64,000 bases of DNA, taken from NCBI GenBank assembly GCA_021372585.1, contig JAJFUD010000019.1, positions 45,197 to 109,196 on the forward strand, read 5' to 3'. This document shows, in pieces, positions 21,342 through 30,479 of the stretch. Position numbers and translations under genes: made by a program. The first letter of the stretch is position 1, and each line of letters starts with the position of its first letter. The DNA comes from a bacterium (GTDB lineage: Bacteria; Caldisericota; Caldisericia; UBA6126). The notes beneath the pieces were generated by a model. That model was not told the DNA's origin. It saw only the letters and a list, made by a program, of their open reading frames with translations, and ran no database searches.

Positions 21342-21851
21342 GTGATGCAAAAAATACAAGTAAGCCTTGTTATGGGTAGCGATTCTGATTTTGAAATCGC
21401 CACAAAAGCGATTCAAATCCTCGATCAGTATGGTATCGAGTATGAGGTGAGGATTATTTCTGCTCACCGGGACACCGAAACTTGTCTGGAGTTCGCCAGG
21501 GAGGCTCACCAGAGAGGCATACAGGTGATCATCGCCATCGCCGGACTGTCCGCTCATTTAGCGGGGGTCATCGCTTCCAATACCCCTTTGCCGGTGATTG
21601 GCGTCCCCTTGAACCGCTCCTCTTTAGCCGGATTGGACGCAGTCTATTCGATTATGCAGATGCCGTCAGGTATTCCTGTTGCCATGGTGGGGATTGACAA
21701 TACTGCCAATGCCGCCCTGATGGCAGTACGTATTTTAGCTCTTCATGACAAGACATTATTATCAAAATGGTTTGAAGCCCATGAAGAGATGAAAAAGCAA
21801 CAAATCCAAAAAAATCAATTGATTCAAAAGAAGGTGAAAAATGGAATCTAA
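21342..21851 (+). CDS. purE: N5-carboxyaminoimidazole ribonucleotide mutase
   Basis: VSLVMGSDSDFEIATKA...ISAHRDTE...IIAIAGLSAHLAGVIASNTPLPVIGVP. Confidence 0.9.
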   Translation: MMQKIQVSLVMGSDSDFEIATKAIQILDQYGIEYEVRIISAHRDTETCLEFAREAHQRGIQVIIAIAGLSAHLAGVIASNTPLPVIGVPLNRSSLAGLDAVYSIMQMPSGIPVAMVGIDNTANAALMAVRILALHDKTLLSKWFEAHEEMKKQQIQKNQLIQKKVKNGI

Positions 21852-22737
21852 GCCCTTATTATCTACGGATATGCCCCTGCTGAAATTATTTCGGAGAGGA
21901 AAAGTGCGAGATATCTTCGATCTTGGCGAACACCTGTTAATGGTTTCCACTGACAGGCTCTCCGCTTTTGATGTGGTGTTTGAAGAGGGAATACCTCATA
22001 AAGGCATCGTTCTGAACCAACTTGCCAGTTTTTGGTTTGAGGAAACCAAGCATATTATCTCCAATCATTTCGTCACTACCGATGTGTGCGCTTTTTATCC
22101 GGAGTTGTCGCAATATCAGCCTATGTTGGAAGGGCGGTCTATGATCGTTCGAAAAGCCAAACCGATGGATTTTGAGTTTATCGTCAGAGGCTATATGATG
22201 GGTTCCGCTTTTGAGCAATACAGCAGGGATGGCTCGATCGCAGGGAAAGAGTATCCGAAAGGATTGATCCAGGGGTCCAAATTTCAAACCCCCATTTTTA
22301 CTCCCTCGACAAAATCCCATCGGGGACATGATGTCAACATCTCTCTTCATGAATTACAAGACAGCATTGGAGAGGACAAAGCTAAATACATAGAAGAAAA
22401 ATCCATTGAATTATTTGCATTTGCTTCGAGCAAGGCGTTTCAGAAAGGTATTCTCATTGCCGATACGAAATTTGAGTTCGGATTCATTGATGATGAGATG
22501 ATCCTGATCGATGAATTGTTCACTCCGGATTCTTCCCGCTTTATTCTAAAAAAGGATTATGAAATCGGCTATGTGGACAGGTCCATGGATAAGCAGTTTG
22601 TCAGGAATTTCCTGATACAGACAGGTTGGAACAAAGAACCACCCCCACCGGCATTGCCCTTGGATATCATTCAGAAAACTTCCGAACGATACCTGGAGGC
22701 TTATCATAGTTTAACAGGAAAAGCGTTGGTTTTATAA
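21841..22737 (+). CDS. purC: Phosphoribosylaminoimidazole-succinocarboxamide synthase
   Basis: RRGKVRDIFDLGEHLLMVSTDRLSAFDVV; the SAICAR synthetase family. It overlaps the purE stop. Confidence 0.9.
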   Translation: MESKPLLSTDMPLLKLFRRGKVRDIFDLGEHLLMVSTDRLSAFDVVFEEGIPHKGIVLNQLASFWFEETKHIISNHFVTTDVCAFYPELSQYQPMLEGRSMIVRKAKPMDFEFIVRGYMMGSAFEQYSRDGSIAGKEYPKGLIQGSKFQTPIFTPSTKSHRGHDVNISLHELQDSIGEDKAKYIEEKSIELFAFASSKAFQKGILIADTKFEFGFIDDEMILIDELFTPDSSRFILKKDYEIGYVDRSMDKQFVRNFLIQTGWNKEPPPPALPLDIIQKTSERYLEAYHSLTGKALVL

Positions 22738-22760
22738 ATTATCTGAAGGAGGGTGAATTC

Positions 22761-23195
22761 ATGAATCCACTCTATTGGGTGGTGATTGGTTTTATTTTTT
22801 GTATTGGCGAGATGGCCACGCCGGGTATGTTTTTCCAGCTGATTTTTGGCATCGCAGCTTTTTTGACGGCCATTTTGTCGTATTATCATGTAGAACCTTT
22901 ATGGCAGTGGTTAGCCTTTTTAGGCATATCGGGAATACTCTTTTTATTCCTTAGGAAACACATCCATTTTTCACCGGATAAATCTTCCATTCAATCCAAT
23001 GCTGACTCTCTGATTGGGAAAGAAGTGAAAGTCAAACAGACGATTGAGCCAAATTCCATCAAAGGGCGTATCGAGATATTCGGGGAGGAGTGGATCGCTA
23101 TTACCAGAGATAAAACGCCGATTAATACAGGAGAAACTGTGATTGTGAAAGAAATCTCCGGGACAAAATTGATTGTGGAAAGAGGTGAATCGTGA
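22761..23195 (+). CDS. NfeD-like membrane protein (short form, OB-fold C-terminus)
   Basis: Two to three N-terminal TM segments followed by a C-terminal OB-fold beta domain (KGRIEIFGEEWIAITRD...GETVIVKEISGTKLIV). It is translationally coupled to the downstream SPFH gene. Confidence 0.7.
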   Translation: MNPLYWVVIGFIFCIGEMATPGMFFQLIFGIAAFLTAILSYYHVEPLWQWLAFLGISGILFLFLRKHIHFSPDKSSIQSNADSLIGKEVKVKQTIEPNSIKGRIEIFGEEWIAITRDKTPINTGETVIVKEISGTKLIVERGES

Positions 23196-24166
23196 ACCCA
23201 AGTGTAGTGGTTATTTTAATTTTTGTCATTCTGTTCATTATTATTATCGCCAGGTATCTTGTGATTATCAGACCTTTTGAGAGAGGAGTGGTGGAAAGAC
23301 TCGGTCGATATGTACGCACCATCAATCCCGGTTTGAACCTATTGATCCCGTTTGCTGAAAATGTGAAGAAAGTAGATATGCGCGAAAGCCTGATTGATGT
23401 TCCCCCCCAGGAAGTCATCACGAAAGACAATGCGCTGGTCACAGTCGATGCGGTTTTTTATTTCGAGGTCACCGATCCGTTCCGGGTATTATACAATGTC
23501 TCTCAATTTGAAATCGCTGCCGTCAAATTAGCGCAGACCAATTTACGAAATATTATCGGAGAATTGGAGCTGGACCAGACTTTAACCTCCAGGGAGATGA
23601 TTAATACCCGTCTTCGGGAAGTGTTGGATATCGCTACCGATAAGTGGGGCGTGAAAGTGACCAGGGTTGAGATCAAGAAAATTGATCCTCCTCTGGATAT
23701 CTCTGAAGCTATGAGCCGGCAGATGAAAGCAGAACGAACCAAACGGGCTTTGATCATCGAAGCAGAGGGAATTCGCCAATCCGACATTCTAAAAGGAGAA
23801 GGATACAAGCAAGCTGCCATTCTGGAATCAGAGGGAAAACGGCAGGCTTCCATTCTGGAATCGGAAGGAAAGGCGAAAGCCATTGAAGCTATCGCTCTGG
23901 CTGAAAAAACCAGGTTGATTTTAGAATCGGAAGGGCAAGCGGAAGCTACCAGACAGGTTTTTCAGGCAATTCATACAGGTAAACCAACGAAAGATCTGAT
24001 TGCTATACGGTATGTGGAAGCCTTAAAAGCGATTGCAGATGGAAAAGCCAGTAAAGTATTCATACCGTACGAATCATCTGCTATGATCGGATCTATTGCT
24101 CAAATCGCCGAAGTATTTCATCCTTCAACAGAGGAGAAAGAAACGCTCAGCGAACCGGAAAAATAG
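23192..24166 (+). CDS. SPFH/band-7 (stomatin-like) protein
   Basis: An N-terminal TM, then the SPFH domain (RPFERGVVERLGRYVRTINPGLNLLIPF...DVPPQEVITKDNALVTVDAVFYF) and a coiled-coil C-terminus. It forms the classic NfeD-stomatin operon. Confidence 0.8.
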   Translation: MNPSVVVILIFVILFIIIIARYLVIIRPFERGVVERLGRYVRTINPGLNLLIPFAENVKKVDMRESLIDVPPQEVITKDNALVTVDAVFYFEVTDPFRVLYNVSQFEIAAVKLAQTNLRNIIGELELDQTLTSREMINTRLREVLDIATDKWGVKVTRVEIKKIDPPLDISEAMSRQMKAERTKRALIIEAEGIRQSDILKGEGYKQAAILESEGKRQASILESEGKAKAIEAIALAEKTRLILESEGQAEATRQVFQAIHTGKPTKDLIAIRYVEALKAIADGKASKVFIPYESSAMIGSIAQIAEVFHPSTEEKETLSEPEK

Positions 24167-24193
24167 CGATTTACCTGTTTAACCTGGAGGTCA

Positions 24194-25342
24194 GTGATGA
24201 ATAAACGAATTTTTTGGTGGGTTGGTGTGGTTTTTGTAGTTTGCTCACTTAGTGTACCGGTTTTACAGCTGAAGGCGGCTGATTTCCGGTCTTCCGACCA
24301 AACAGGGTCTATTACGGTGGATTCCGGAGTAGAGACGAAAAATCTTTTCATTGCCGGGAATGAATTGGTTATCCAGGCAAAAGAGATCAAAAAAGACCTA
24401 TTTGCTTTTGGGATGAATATCGACTTGAACACCTATGTCGAGCAAGGGAGTTTTCTGGCTGGCAAAACAGTGAATATTAGTGGTTTTTATGGGGGCAACC
24501 TGTTTGTGGTTGGCTCAGAAATCACGATCAACGCGGAAGTGATGGGGGATGTGTTTCTGTTTTGCAATAAATGGTCGTTGAAACCGGAAGCCAAAATCCA
24601 TGGCGATGTTCATGTAGGTTCGGGTACCGGGTATCATGACGGTTTCATAACCGGCTCCCTGTTGGGAAGCGGGAATGAATTTTATTTGAACGGAACAGTG
24701 GAACAAACAACGAAGCTGAGGGTGGCCAAATCTTTAACGATCGGAGAAAAAGCCAACCTCAATCTGCTGGACTACGAAGCTCCTCAGAAAGCGACAGTGT
24801 TAGAGGGGGCGGTCATTCAGAAAACCGATTATCAAACCCCTGATGCCAATGTGCCAATCACCCAGAAATCATTTCATTTTCCGTTAGTCAGTTATGTCGC
24901 TTCTCTGATTTTTGCTTTGTTGTTCGTGTTTTGGCTCCGAAAACCGATGAGGCATATACTGAACACCATACAACAGCAATTTTTTGTCTCTCTGGGGATA
25001 GGTTTTGCTGTGCTTATCGGTATTCCTATTGTGGCTCTCTTGATCTTTCTTTCCGTTATTGGGTATAAGATCGCTTTAGCATTGCTGTTTTGCTATGCTT
25101 TAGGTATTCTCTGCATGAGTCCTGTTGCCGGTATATGGTTAGGGGAGTGGATTCTACGCTTGTTTAAGAGACCGGTGGCGTCACCAAGCTGGTTAGGGGC
25201 GGTGATTGGTATCACTGTCATGCCGTTCATCGCTTGGATACCTTTGTTTGGTTGGTTTTTACTATTCTTTCTGAACATTTTTTCCTTCGGAGGATTGGTT
25301 ATCACCATTTTCAGCCATCTTAAAGGGATGAACGAGACCTAA
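24194..25342 (+). CDS. Membrane protein with an N-terminal bactofilin-like / beta-helical repeat domain and a C-terminal multi-TM region
   Basis: Signal or TM segment, then a repetitive G-x-[VI]-x-G-[DN]-[VL] beta-strand pattern (GNELVIQA, GKTVNISG, GNLFVVGSEITINAEVMGDVFLF, IHGDVHVGSG). The C-terminal half has 4-5 hydrophobic helices. Confidence 0.4.
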   Translation: MMNKRIFWWVGVVFVVCSLSVPVLQLKAADFRSSDQTGSITVDSGVETKNLFIAGNELVIQAKEIKKDLFAFGMNIDLNTYVEQGSFLAGKTVNISGFYGGNLFVVGSEITINAEVMGDVFLFCNKWSLKPEAKIHGDVHVGSGTGYHDGFITGSLLGSGNEFYLNGTVEQTTKLRVAKSLTIGEKANLNLLDYEAPQKATVLEGAVIQKTDYQTPDANVPITQKSFHFPLVSYVASLIFALLFVFWLRKPMRHILNTIQQQFFVSLGIGFAVLIGIPIVALLIFLSVIGYKIALALLFCYALGILCMSPVAGIWLGEWILRLFKRPVASPSWLGAVIGITVMPFIAWIPLFGWFLLFFLNIFSFGGLVITIFSHLKGMNET

Positions 25343-25407
25343 CATTTGGGATAGGCGACCCTGGAATCATAACTCAGCGTGCTGGCCTAATCATCCGGAT
25401 CGGGATG

Positions 25408-27105
25408 CTAATCCGATGGCGTTGTCTTCCATAATGAATCCAGGGATATCGGTTGCAAAATGGTCTGAGTGATCTGAAAGTGTTCGTTGATCAGGTGTTT
25501 CGAGAATAATATCTGTTTCGGTCTTCTTTCCGGATAAAGAAAAGCGAGAAGATACCCTTTTTTATTTTGCTGGTATAGATGCATAGTTTTTGGAAAAAGA
25601 AAGTTGGTCCAATGCTTCCAAAAATCCTGAAACACTGGAAGGGTAGTCCAGTGAAGTTCAAACAGAAGGACGACTCGCTGAAGATAAGGCATCCTGGATT
25701 GGATCCTGTTCCTGATATTTGCTAAAGCCTCCTCGAGGGGGGCGTTTTCCTGGTAAGGTATATAGATAAAGCATTCTTTTTGAGAAGAGACCGGTAAGTC
25801 CGGTAAGGGTGGGAACCATGACTTGATCCATTCCAAATCAGGCGAGAGAAAGGGAGCAATCGAATAATCCAATTTCCAGCGGAGATTGGTTTTGCTCAGT
25901 ATCGTGGTGAACAAATTGGACCAGATCGGATCAAGGTACCAGATAGGCAGCCAGGGGGGAATCCTTTTTCTGTTTAAGGTCAACAGTTTACTCTGTATGA
26001 GCTCGTCTACGATGGAAGAAAACATCGTGTGCTCTCTCTTCTGTAGTTTTCTTTCCGGCTCCATGCTTTTGGCAGATTTTTCTTGGGTTAAGGTTTCGAG
26101 GGAAGAGAATACTTGAAGATAACTAGGGGGGGGGATGACCGAAAATTCAAACGGGGAAGAGGGATAGTAAAGCTGCTGTACAATTGAGTATAAGGCTTCC
26201 TTTCCAATTTGGAGAGAAGGTAACAACGGAAGATCTGATTGCCAGAAGTGGTTTTTTTTCTTCCAGAGGGACTGAAGTGATTTCCAGGGATCCTCCCTTA
26301 ATGAAACCTGGTATAAAGTAGCGTATTTTTCCTGGTTTGTATCTTCTAAAAATCGCCAGTAGAGTAAAGTGAAGATGAAATGAGAGGTAAGCCCCGAGAG
26401 GGTATGTTTGGAAAAATCCGGGTTCAAGGCAGAAAGCTCTTTAAACAAGGTAAAATGCCAAGTATCGGTCATTTTGTCCAGCTCATGATTCACGTTTGTC
26501 TTATAACTTGGGGAGGGCATCTCCTCTATAAAACGATGAAATTGATTGCCTGATAACGCGGTCGATGAAAACACAGAAAATAGAAAATCAATATTTCTGA
26601 CTCCGGGGACTAACTCGCACGGTGAGAAGAGGCTATCAATGTCGCAATAAAAGAGTCTTGATAACGCTAAGTTATCGTTTAATTCAGGTTTGATCCTGCA
26701 GTCAAACAAAGCAAATTCTTCAAAGTCTGTGCTGACGGCGATGGGTAAATTAGCTGAGAAAGAAAACCGACGTAGTTGGAAAGCTCTTTCTTTCTGTTCT
26801 TTAATCGGAAAGGCTGGTTTCTTGATATCGATAAAAAACAACGGTTTGTGTTTATTGATTAATAGATAATCGGGAGGATTCGGTTTTCCGGGTGTCGCTT
26901 GCGGATCTATTCTTGTCAGGTGCAAAGCGTTTTTCTTGTTTTCACTCCAGCCTAGCAAATGGAAAAAAGGTTTGATGTATTGTTGTATCAGGATCTGTTT
27001 CTCGAGAGTCACGCTTTTTAACTGTGATTCTGCGTTTTTGTAATCTTGAATGAGCCGATTCCATTCCTGGAAAGCGTCATTTTCGATGAACGATAGATTC
27101 TTCAT
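25408..27105 (-). CDS. Hypothetical 565-aa protein with an N-terminal PD-(D/E)xK-like nuclease plus helical module. The module is of the MmeI-type type IIG / type I HsdR N-terminal / PglX N-terminal kind. No methyltransferase motifs are present.
   Basis: The N-terminus KPFFHLLGW...PDYLLINKHKPLFFIDIKKP gives a candidate D...[DE]xK signature. It is followed by NLPIAVSTDFEEFALFD and FIFTLLYWRFLEDTN, which resemble the conserved N-terminal region of MmeI-family enzymes. The C-terminal 300 aa are Trp-rich and lack SAM-binding GxG and NPPY/F motifs. Confidence 0.4.
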   Translation of the reverse strand: MKNLSFIENDAFQEWNRLIQDYKNAESQLKSVTLEKQILIQQYIKPFFHLLGWSENKKNALHLTRIDPQATPGKPNPPDYLLINKHKPLFFIDIKKPAFPIKEQKERAFQLRRFSFSANLPIAVSTDFEEFALFDCRIKPELNDNLALSRLFYCDIDSLFSPCELVPGVRNIDFLFSVFSSTALSGNQFHRFIEEMPSPSYKTNVNHELDKMTDTWHFTLFKELSALNPDFSKHTLSGLTSHFIFTLLYWRFLEDTNQEKYATLYQVSLREDPWKSLQSLWKKKNHFWQSDLPLLPSLQIGKEALYSIVQQLYYPSSPFEFSVIPPPSYLQVFSSLETLTQEKSAKSMEPERKLQKREHTMFSSIVDELIQSKLLTLNRKRIPPWLPIWYLDPIWSNLFTTILSKTNLRWKLDYSIAPFLSPDLEWIKSWFPPLPDLPVSSQKECFIYIPYQENAPLEEALANIRNRIQSRMPYLQRVVLLFELHWTTLPVFQDFWKHWTNFLFPKTMHLYQQNKKGYLLAFLYPERRPKQILFSKHLINEHFQITQTILQPISLDSLWKTTPSD

Positions 27106-27120
27106 ATTATTTTATCATCA

Positions 27121-27206
27121 TGCCGAAGGAGGGAATCGAACCCACACGGAGTGTGAACTCCTGCAGATTTTGAGTCTGCCGCGTCTGCCAGTTTCGCCAC
27201 TTCGGC
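27121..27206 (-). tRNA. tRNA-Leu (anticodon CAA), long variable arm, CCA not encoded
   Basis: The reverse complement reads GCCGAAGUGGCGAAACUGGCAGACGCGGCAGACUCAAAAUCUGCAGGAGUUCACACUCCGUGUGGGUUCGAUUCCCUCCUUCGGCA. The anticodon loop is CUCAAAA and there is a 15-nt variable stem-loop. The T-stem has one U-U mismatch. Confidence 0.7.
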
Positions 27207-27225
27207 CTGAACAATCTTAATCATA

Positions 27226-27786
27226 CTATATTTTAGTACTTTTCTCAATAGATGATTTTCTTTTCGAACCGGTACGGTTAAACCCGATCAAGAGAAATCC
27301 TACCAGGATCAGGCTGATTGCCAGGTAGGAAATCCATTGCATGTCCTGTGTCCATTGTACTTGCAGCAGCCATTGTACCAGGCTGATCCCGATACATAGG
27401 TAAGCGATCCATGCAAAACCTTTCTCTCCGGTTTCCAAGATAAACAGAAAATACGAAACTCCGATGGCAACGAACATGAAGCTTAACCATAACGCATTCT
27501 CCCAGAATGGAATGGTGGGATAGAGGTACAAGTGTACCCAGATAAAGAGAGAGATCATACTCAACAGAACGCCCATGAAAAGAGATCGGTAAGTGGCATG
27601 CAGCAGATAATCCGTTAAAGCAACCAATCCGCTGATTAAGAGAATACCTGCAAGGATATACGGCCAGAAAGCGTCTGCACCGGTCCATTGGGTAAATAGC
27701 ATCGCGCCTCCTGTCAGCAAAAAGAACCATGCGAACCAGGCTTTCCATCCGGTAACAGGTTTTGCAGCATGTTGTTTCATGGTCAA
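27226..27786 (-). CDS. Hypothetical polytopic membrane protein (HdeD/DUF308-like)
   Basis: Five to six hydrophobic helices and no soluble domain. The start lies 4 nt downstream of the pyk stop. Confidence 0.4.
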   Translation of the reverse strand: MTMKQHAAKPVTGWKAWFAWFFLLTGGAMLFTQWTGADAFWPYILAGILLISGLVALTDYLLHATYRSLFMGVLLSMISLFIWVHLYLYPTIPFWENALWLSFMFVAIGVSYFLFILETGEKGFAWIAYLCIGISLVQWLLQVQWTQDMQWISYLAISLILVGFLLIGFNRTGSKRKSSIEKSTKI

Positions 27787-27790
27787 CCTC

Positions 27791-29245
27791 CTAAGCGGTT
27801 ACAATCTGGATTAGGTTGGTAGATCCGGCGATCCCCATCGGTGTCCCTAATGTGAACACGATTTTATCCATTGGTTGAATCAATGATAATTGCATCAATT
27901 GGGTTTTCACGTGTTGGATACTCTGTTGGACATCCTCAGTCAGGTAAGTGCGAAAGGCTCTGCAGCCCCAGAAAAGTTCACAAATTCTGCACACATGGTC
28001 AGAATTGGTAAAAACATAAATAGGTACGTTCGGGCGAAATTTAGCGATTCTTCTTGCTGTACTGCCGGAAGAAGTCAAGCATACAATACAGGAAGCATGT
28101 ATCAAGCTGGCTATTCTGGCGGCTCCGTTGGCGATCGCTTCAGAAGGCTCGCTCTGCAATGTTTCGGCTAGTCCTCCCCAGCTCACTTTATTACAGTGTT
28201 TGACCTCTGTTTTGGTGATGATTTTTTTCATGACATGAATGACATTCACAGGATCGGAGGAAACCGCTGTTTCCGCAGATAACATCAAAGCATCTGACCC
28301 GTCCAGTATCGCGTTGGAGATGTCCGCCGCTTCAGCCCTGGTTGGAGTGACGCTCGTGATCATGGATTCGAGCATCTGGGTGGCAGTGATCACGGATTTT
28401 CCCATCAAGTTACATTGCGAGATGATATCTTTTTGCAATAGCGGAATGTCCTCGATTGGCATCTCTATTCCTAAGTCTCCCCTGGCAACCATGACAGCAT
28501 CAGCGGCATGAATAATGGCTGGTAAATTTCTGAGAGCTTCGTGTTTCTCGATTTTGGCTATAATCCCCACCATGGGCGAATAAGCGCTAGCCAAATCCTT
28601 GATTCTCTCTACATCTCCCACGGTTCTCACAAACGAGAGAGCCAGGTAATCACAAAAATGGTGGGAGCATAAGAAATGAATCCACTCAATGTCTTCATCG
28701 GTGGGGTAACAAATGTGCAAGTTGGAATAGGGGAAATTGACTCCTTTGTTTGGTTTGATCGTGCCGTCGTTTAAGGCTTCACATATAAGAAAATTTGTAT
28801 CCTCAGAAATCACCCTGACTTGTATCTGACCGTCATCAATATAGATCGCTTCGTTTATGTTCACATCCTCGAGCGCATCCGGATAATTGAGTTTGACAAC
28901 CAACTGGTTTTCAGTTGGATACGGGGCTGTTTCTGATTTGGAAAAATACAGTGTCTCCCCTTTTCGAATTTGCAGCGGGAAAGACAAATCGTGAATCCTG
29001 ATTTTTGGTCCGGGTAAATCGGCAATGATGGAGAGGGGCAGGTTGACTTCGGTGGAAACTTCCCGAATCAGCTGTACATAATGAGCGATCTCCTCCTGGT
29101 TGGTGTGGGAAAGGTTAATTCTTAGCAGGGTTGCGCCTTCGAGAACCATGGCGCTTATCGCTTCTTTTGTATGCGAGGAAGGTCCCAAGGTAGCGATTAT
29201 TTTCGCACGGGGATAGAACCAATCTCGCTTATCCATCATTGTCAT
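27791..29245 (-). CDS. pyk: Pyruvate kinase
   Basis: RAKIIATLGPSS...LLRINLSHTNQEE (barrel domain), MVARGDLGIEMPIEDIP. The product is 484 aa. Confidence 0.9.
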   Translation of the reverse strand: MTMMDKRDWFYPRAKIIATLGPSSHTKEAISAMVLEGATLLRINLSHTNQEEIAHYVQLIREVSTEVNLPLSIIADLPGPKIRIHDLSFPLQIRKGETLYFSKSETAPYPTENQLVVKLNYPDALEDVNINEAIYIDDGQIQVRVISEDTNFLICEALNDGTIKPNKGVNFPYSNLHICYPTDEDIEWIHFLCSHHFCDYLALSFVRTVGDVERIKDLASAYSPMVGIIAKIEKHEALRNLPAIIHAADAVMVARGDLGIEMPIEDIPLLQKDIISQCNLMGKSVITATQMLESMITSVTPTRAEAADISNAILDGSDALMLSAETAVSSDPVNVIHVMKKIITKTEVKHCNKVSWGGLAETLQSEPSEAIANGAARIASLIHASCIVCLTSSGSTARRIAKFRPNVPIYVFTNSDHVCRICELFWGCRAFRTYLTEDVQQSIQHVKTQLMQLSLIQPMDKIVFTLGTPMGIAGSTNLIQIVTA

Positions 29246-29364
29246 ATTTACATCCTTTTCTTTCCATTATACCCAATGTAATAGAGTTATATCATCATAG
29301 TAGTATCCTCAATGCTGCGAAAATATCAAATAGAGGATTAAAAACCCCTTCAGGCAGAGAGGAC

Positions 29365-30435
29365 CTATGATTCAAGGTGATCAGGACCCTCCTGGGCTGG
29401 CACCAGATCTTCCGGTCGAAAGAAAATCCTCTCAATCAGAATGATAATGGTGGTTACCATCGGGATACCGATGAGGATACCCAGAAAACCAAGCAGTTTG
29501 CCAAACACAATAATCGCTAAAATCGAGATAGCAGGGGGAAGATTTACTTGTTTTCTCATGATAAACGGGAGGAAAAAGTAGCCTTCGATAAACTGGATAA
29601 ACAGGTAGATAATTAAGACCCAGATCACCTTTTCAGGGGATTGTATCAAGGCGTACAGCAATGGCGCCAACGCTCCCAACATGGGGCCGATATACGGGAT
29701 GATCTCCAGAAAACCGGCAGCGATGCCAAAAATAATAAAATAATCCAGGTCAATCACCCAGTAGAATAATGACATAAATCCACCGACAAAAAGAATGGCT
29801 AAAAACGTACCTACCAGCCAGTGTTTTAAAGAAATCTCAATTTCCTGTACGGTACTTAGACAGATCTTCTGTTGTTTGGAAGGGATAAACTGCAGGATAA
29901 ATTCACGGTATTCTCCCGGATTACCGGCAAAAAAAGCTGCCAACGCGATCATCAGGAAGAAATTACCGATGGATCCGGCTGCTGAAGCAATATAGCCAAA
30001 AGAACCGGTGAGAATTTTCTCGGCATTGGCTGTGAGTTTTCCGATCAGATCCTCCAAGGGTATCAGAGAAGTTAAAGAGGGAAATCGGACCAGTAGTTTG
30101 TTGAATAAACCTTGTGCTCCTTCCATAAGGGAGGGAAGATCCTGCAGTAATTTCTGGGATTGGTTGACAAAGGGGACAGAGATCGCCATCAACGGCATAA
30201 ACAGAAATATCAATAAACCGAGGATGCCAAAAACCAGTGCCAATCCTCTGGGCATTCTAAACCGAATCTCAAAGGTATCCGTGATGGAACGAATAAACAG
30301 CGATAGAATAAATGCGAGGAATAGGATCATCAAGATATCTCGAATTAAATACAGGATCACTACCGTGATAAAAAACACCAGAATGATCAGAATGATCTGG
30401 ATAACTTGGGTGGTGATAGTTTTTTGTGCTCCCAT
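29365..30435 (-). CDS. AI-2E family (PerM/UPF0118) transporter-like membrane protein
   Basis: 356 aa with about 8 TM segments. The overall layout and a conserved C-terminal region are typical of the AI-2E family. Motif-level assignment only. Confidence 0.55.
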   Translation of the reverse strand: MGAQKTITTQVIQIILIILVFFITVVILYLIRDILMILFLAFILSLFIRSITDTFEIRFRMPRGLALVFGILGLLIFLFMPLMAISVPFVNQSQKLLQDLPSLMEGAQGLFNKLLVRFPSLTSLIPLEDLIGKLTANAEKILTGSFGYIASAAGSIGNFFLMIALAAFFAGNPGEYREFILQFIPSKQQKICLSTVQEIEISLKHWLVGTFLAILFVGGFMSLFYWVIDLDYFIIFGIAAGFLEIIPYIGPMLGALAPLLYALIQSPEKVIWVLIIYLFIQFIEGYFFLPFIMRKQVNLPPAISILAIIVFGKLLGFLGILIGIPMVTTIIILIERIFFRPEDLVPAQEGPDHLES

Positions 30436-30479
30436 ACTTTCTTACCTCTCTGGTTCTAACCGGTACCGGTCAACCACAG

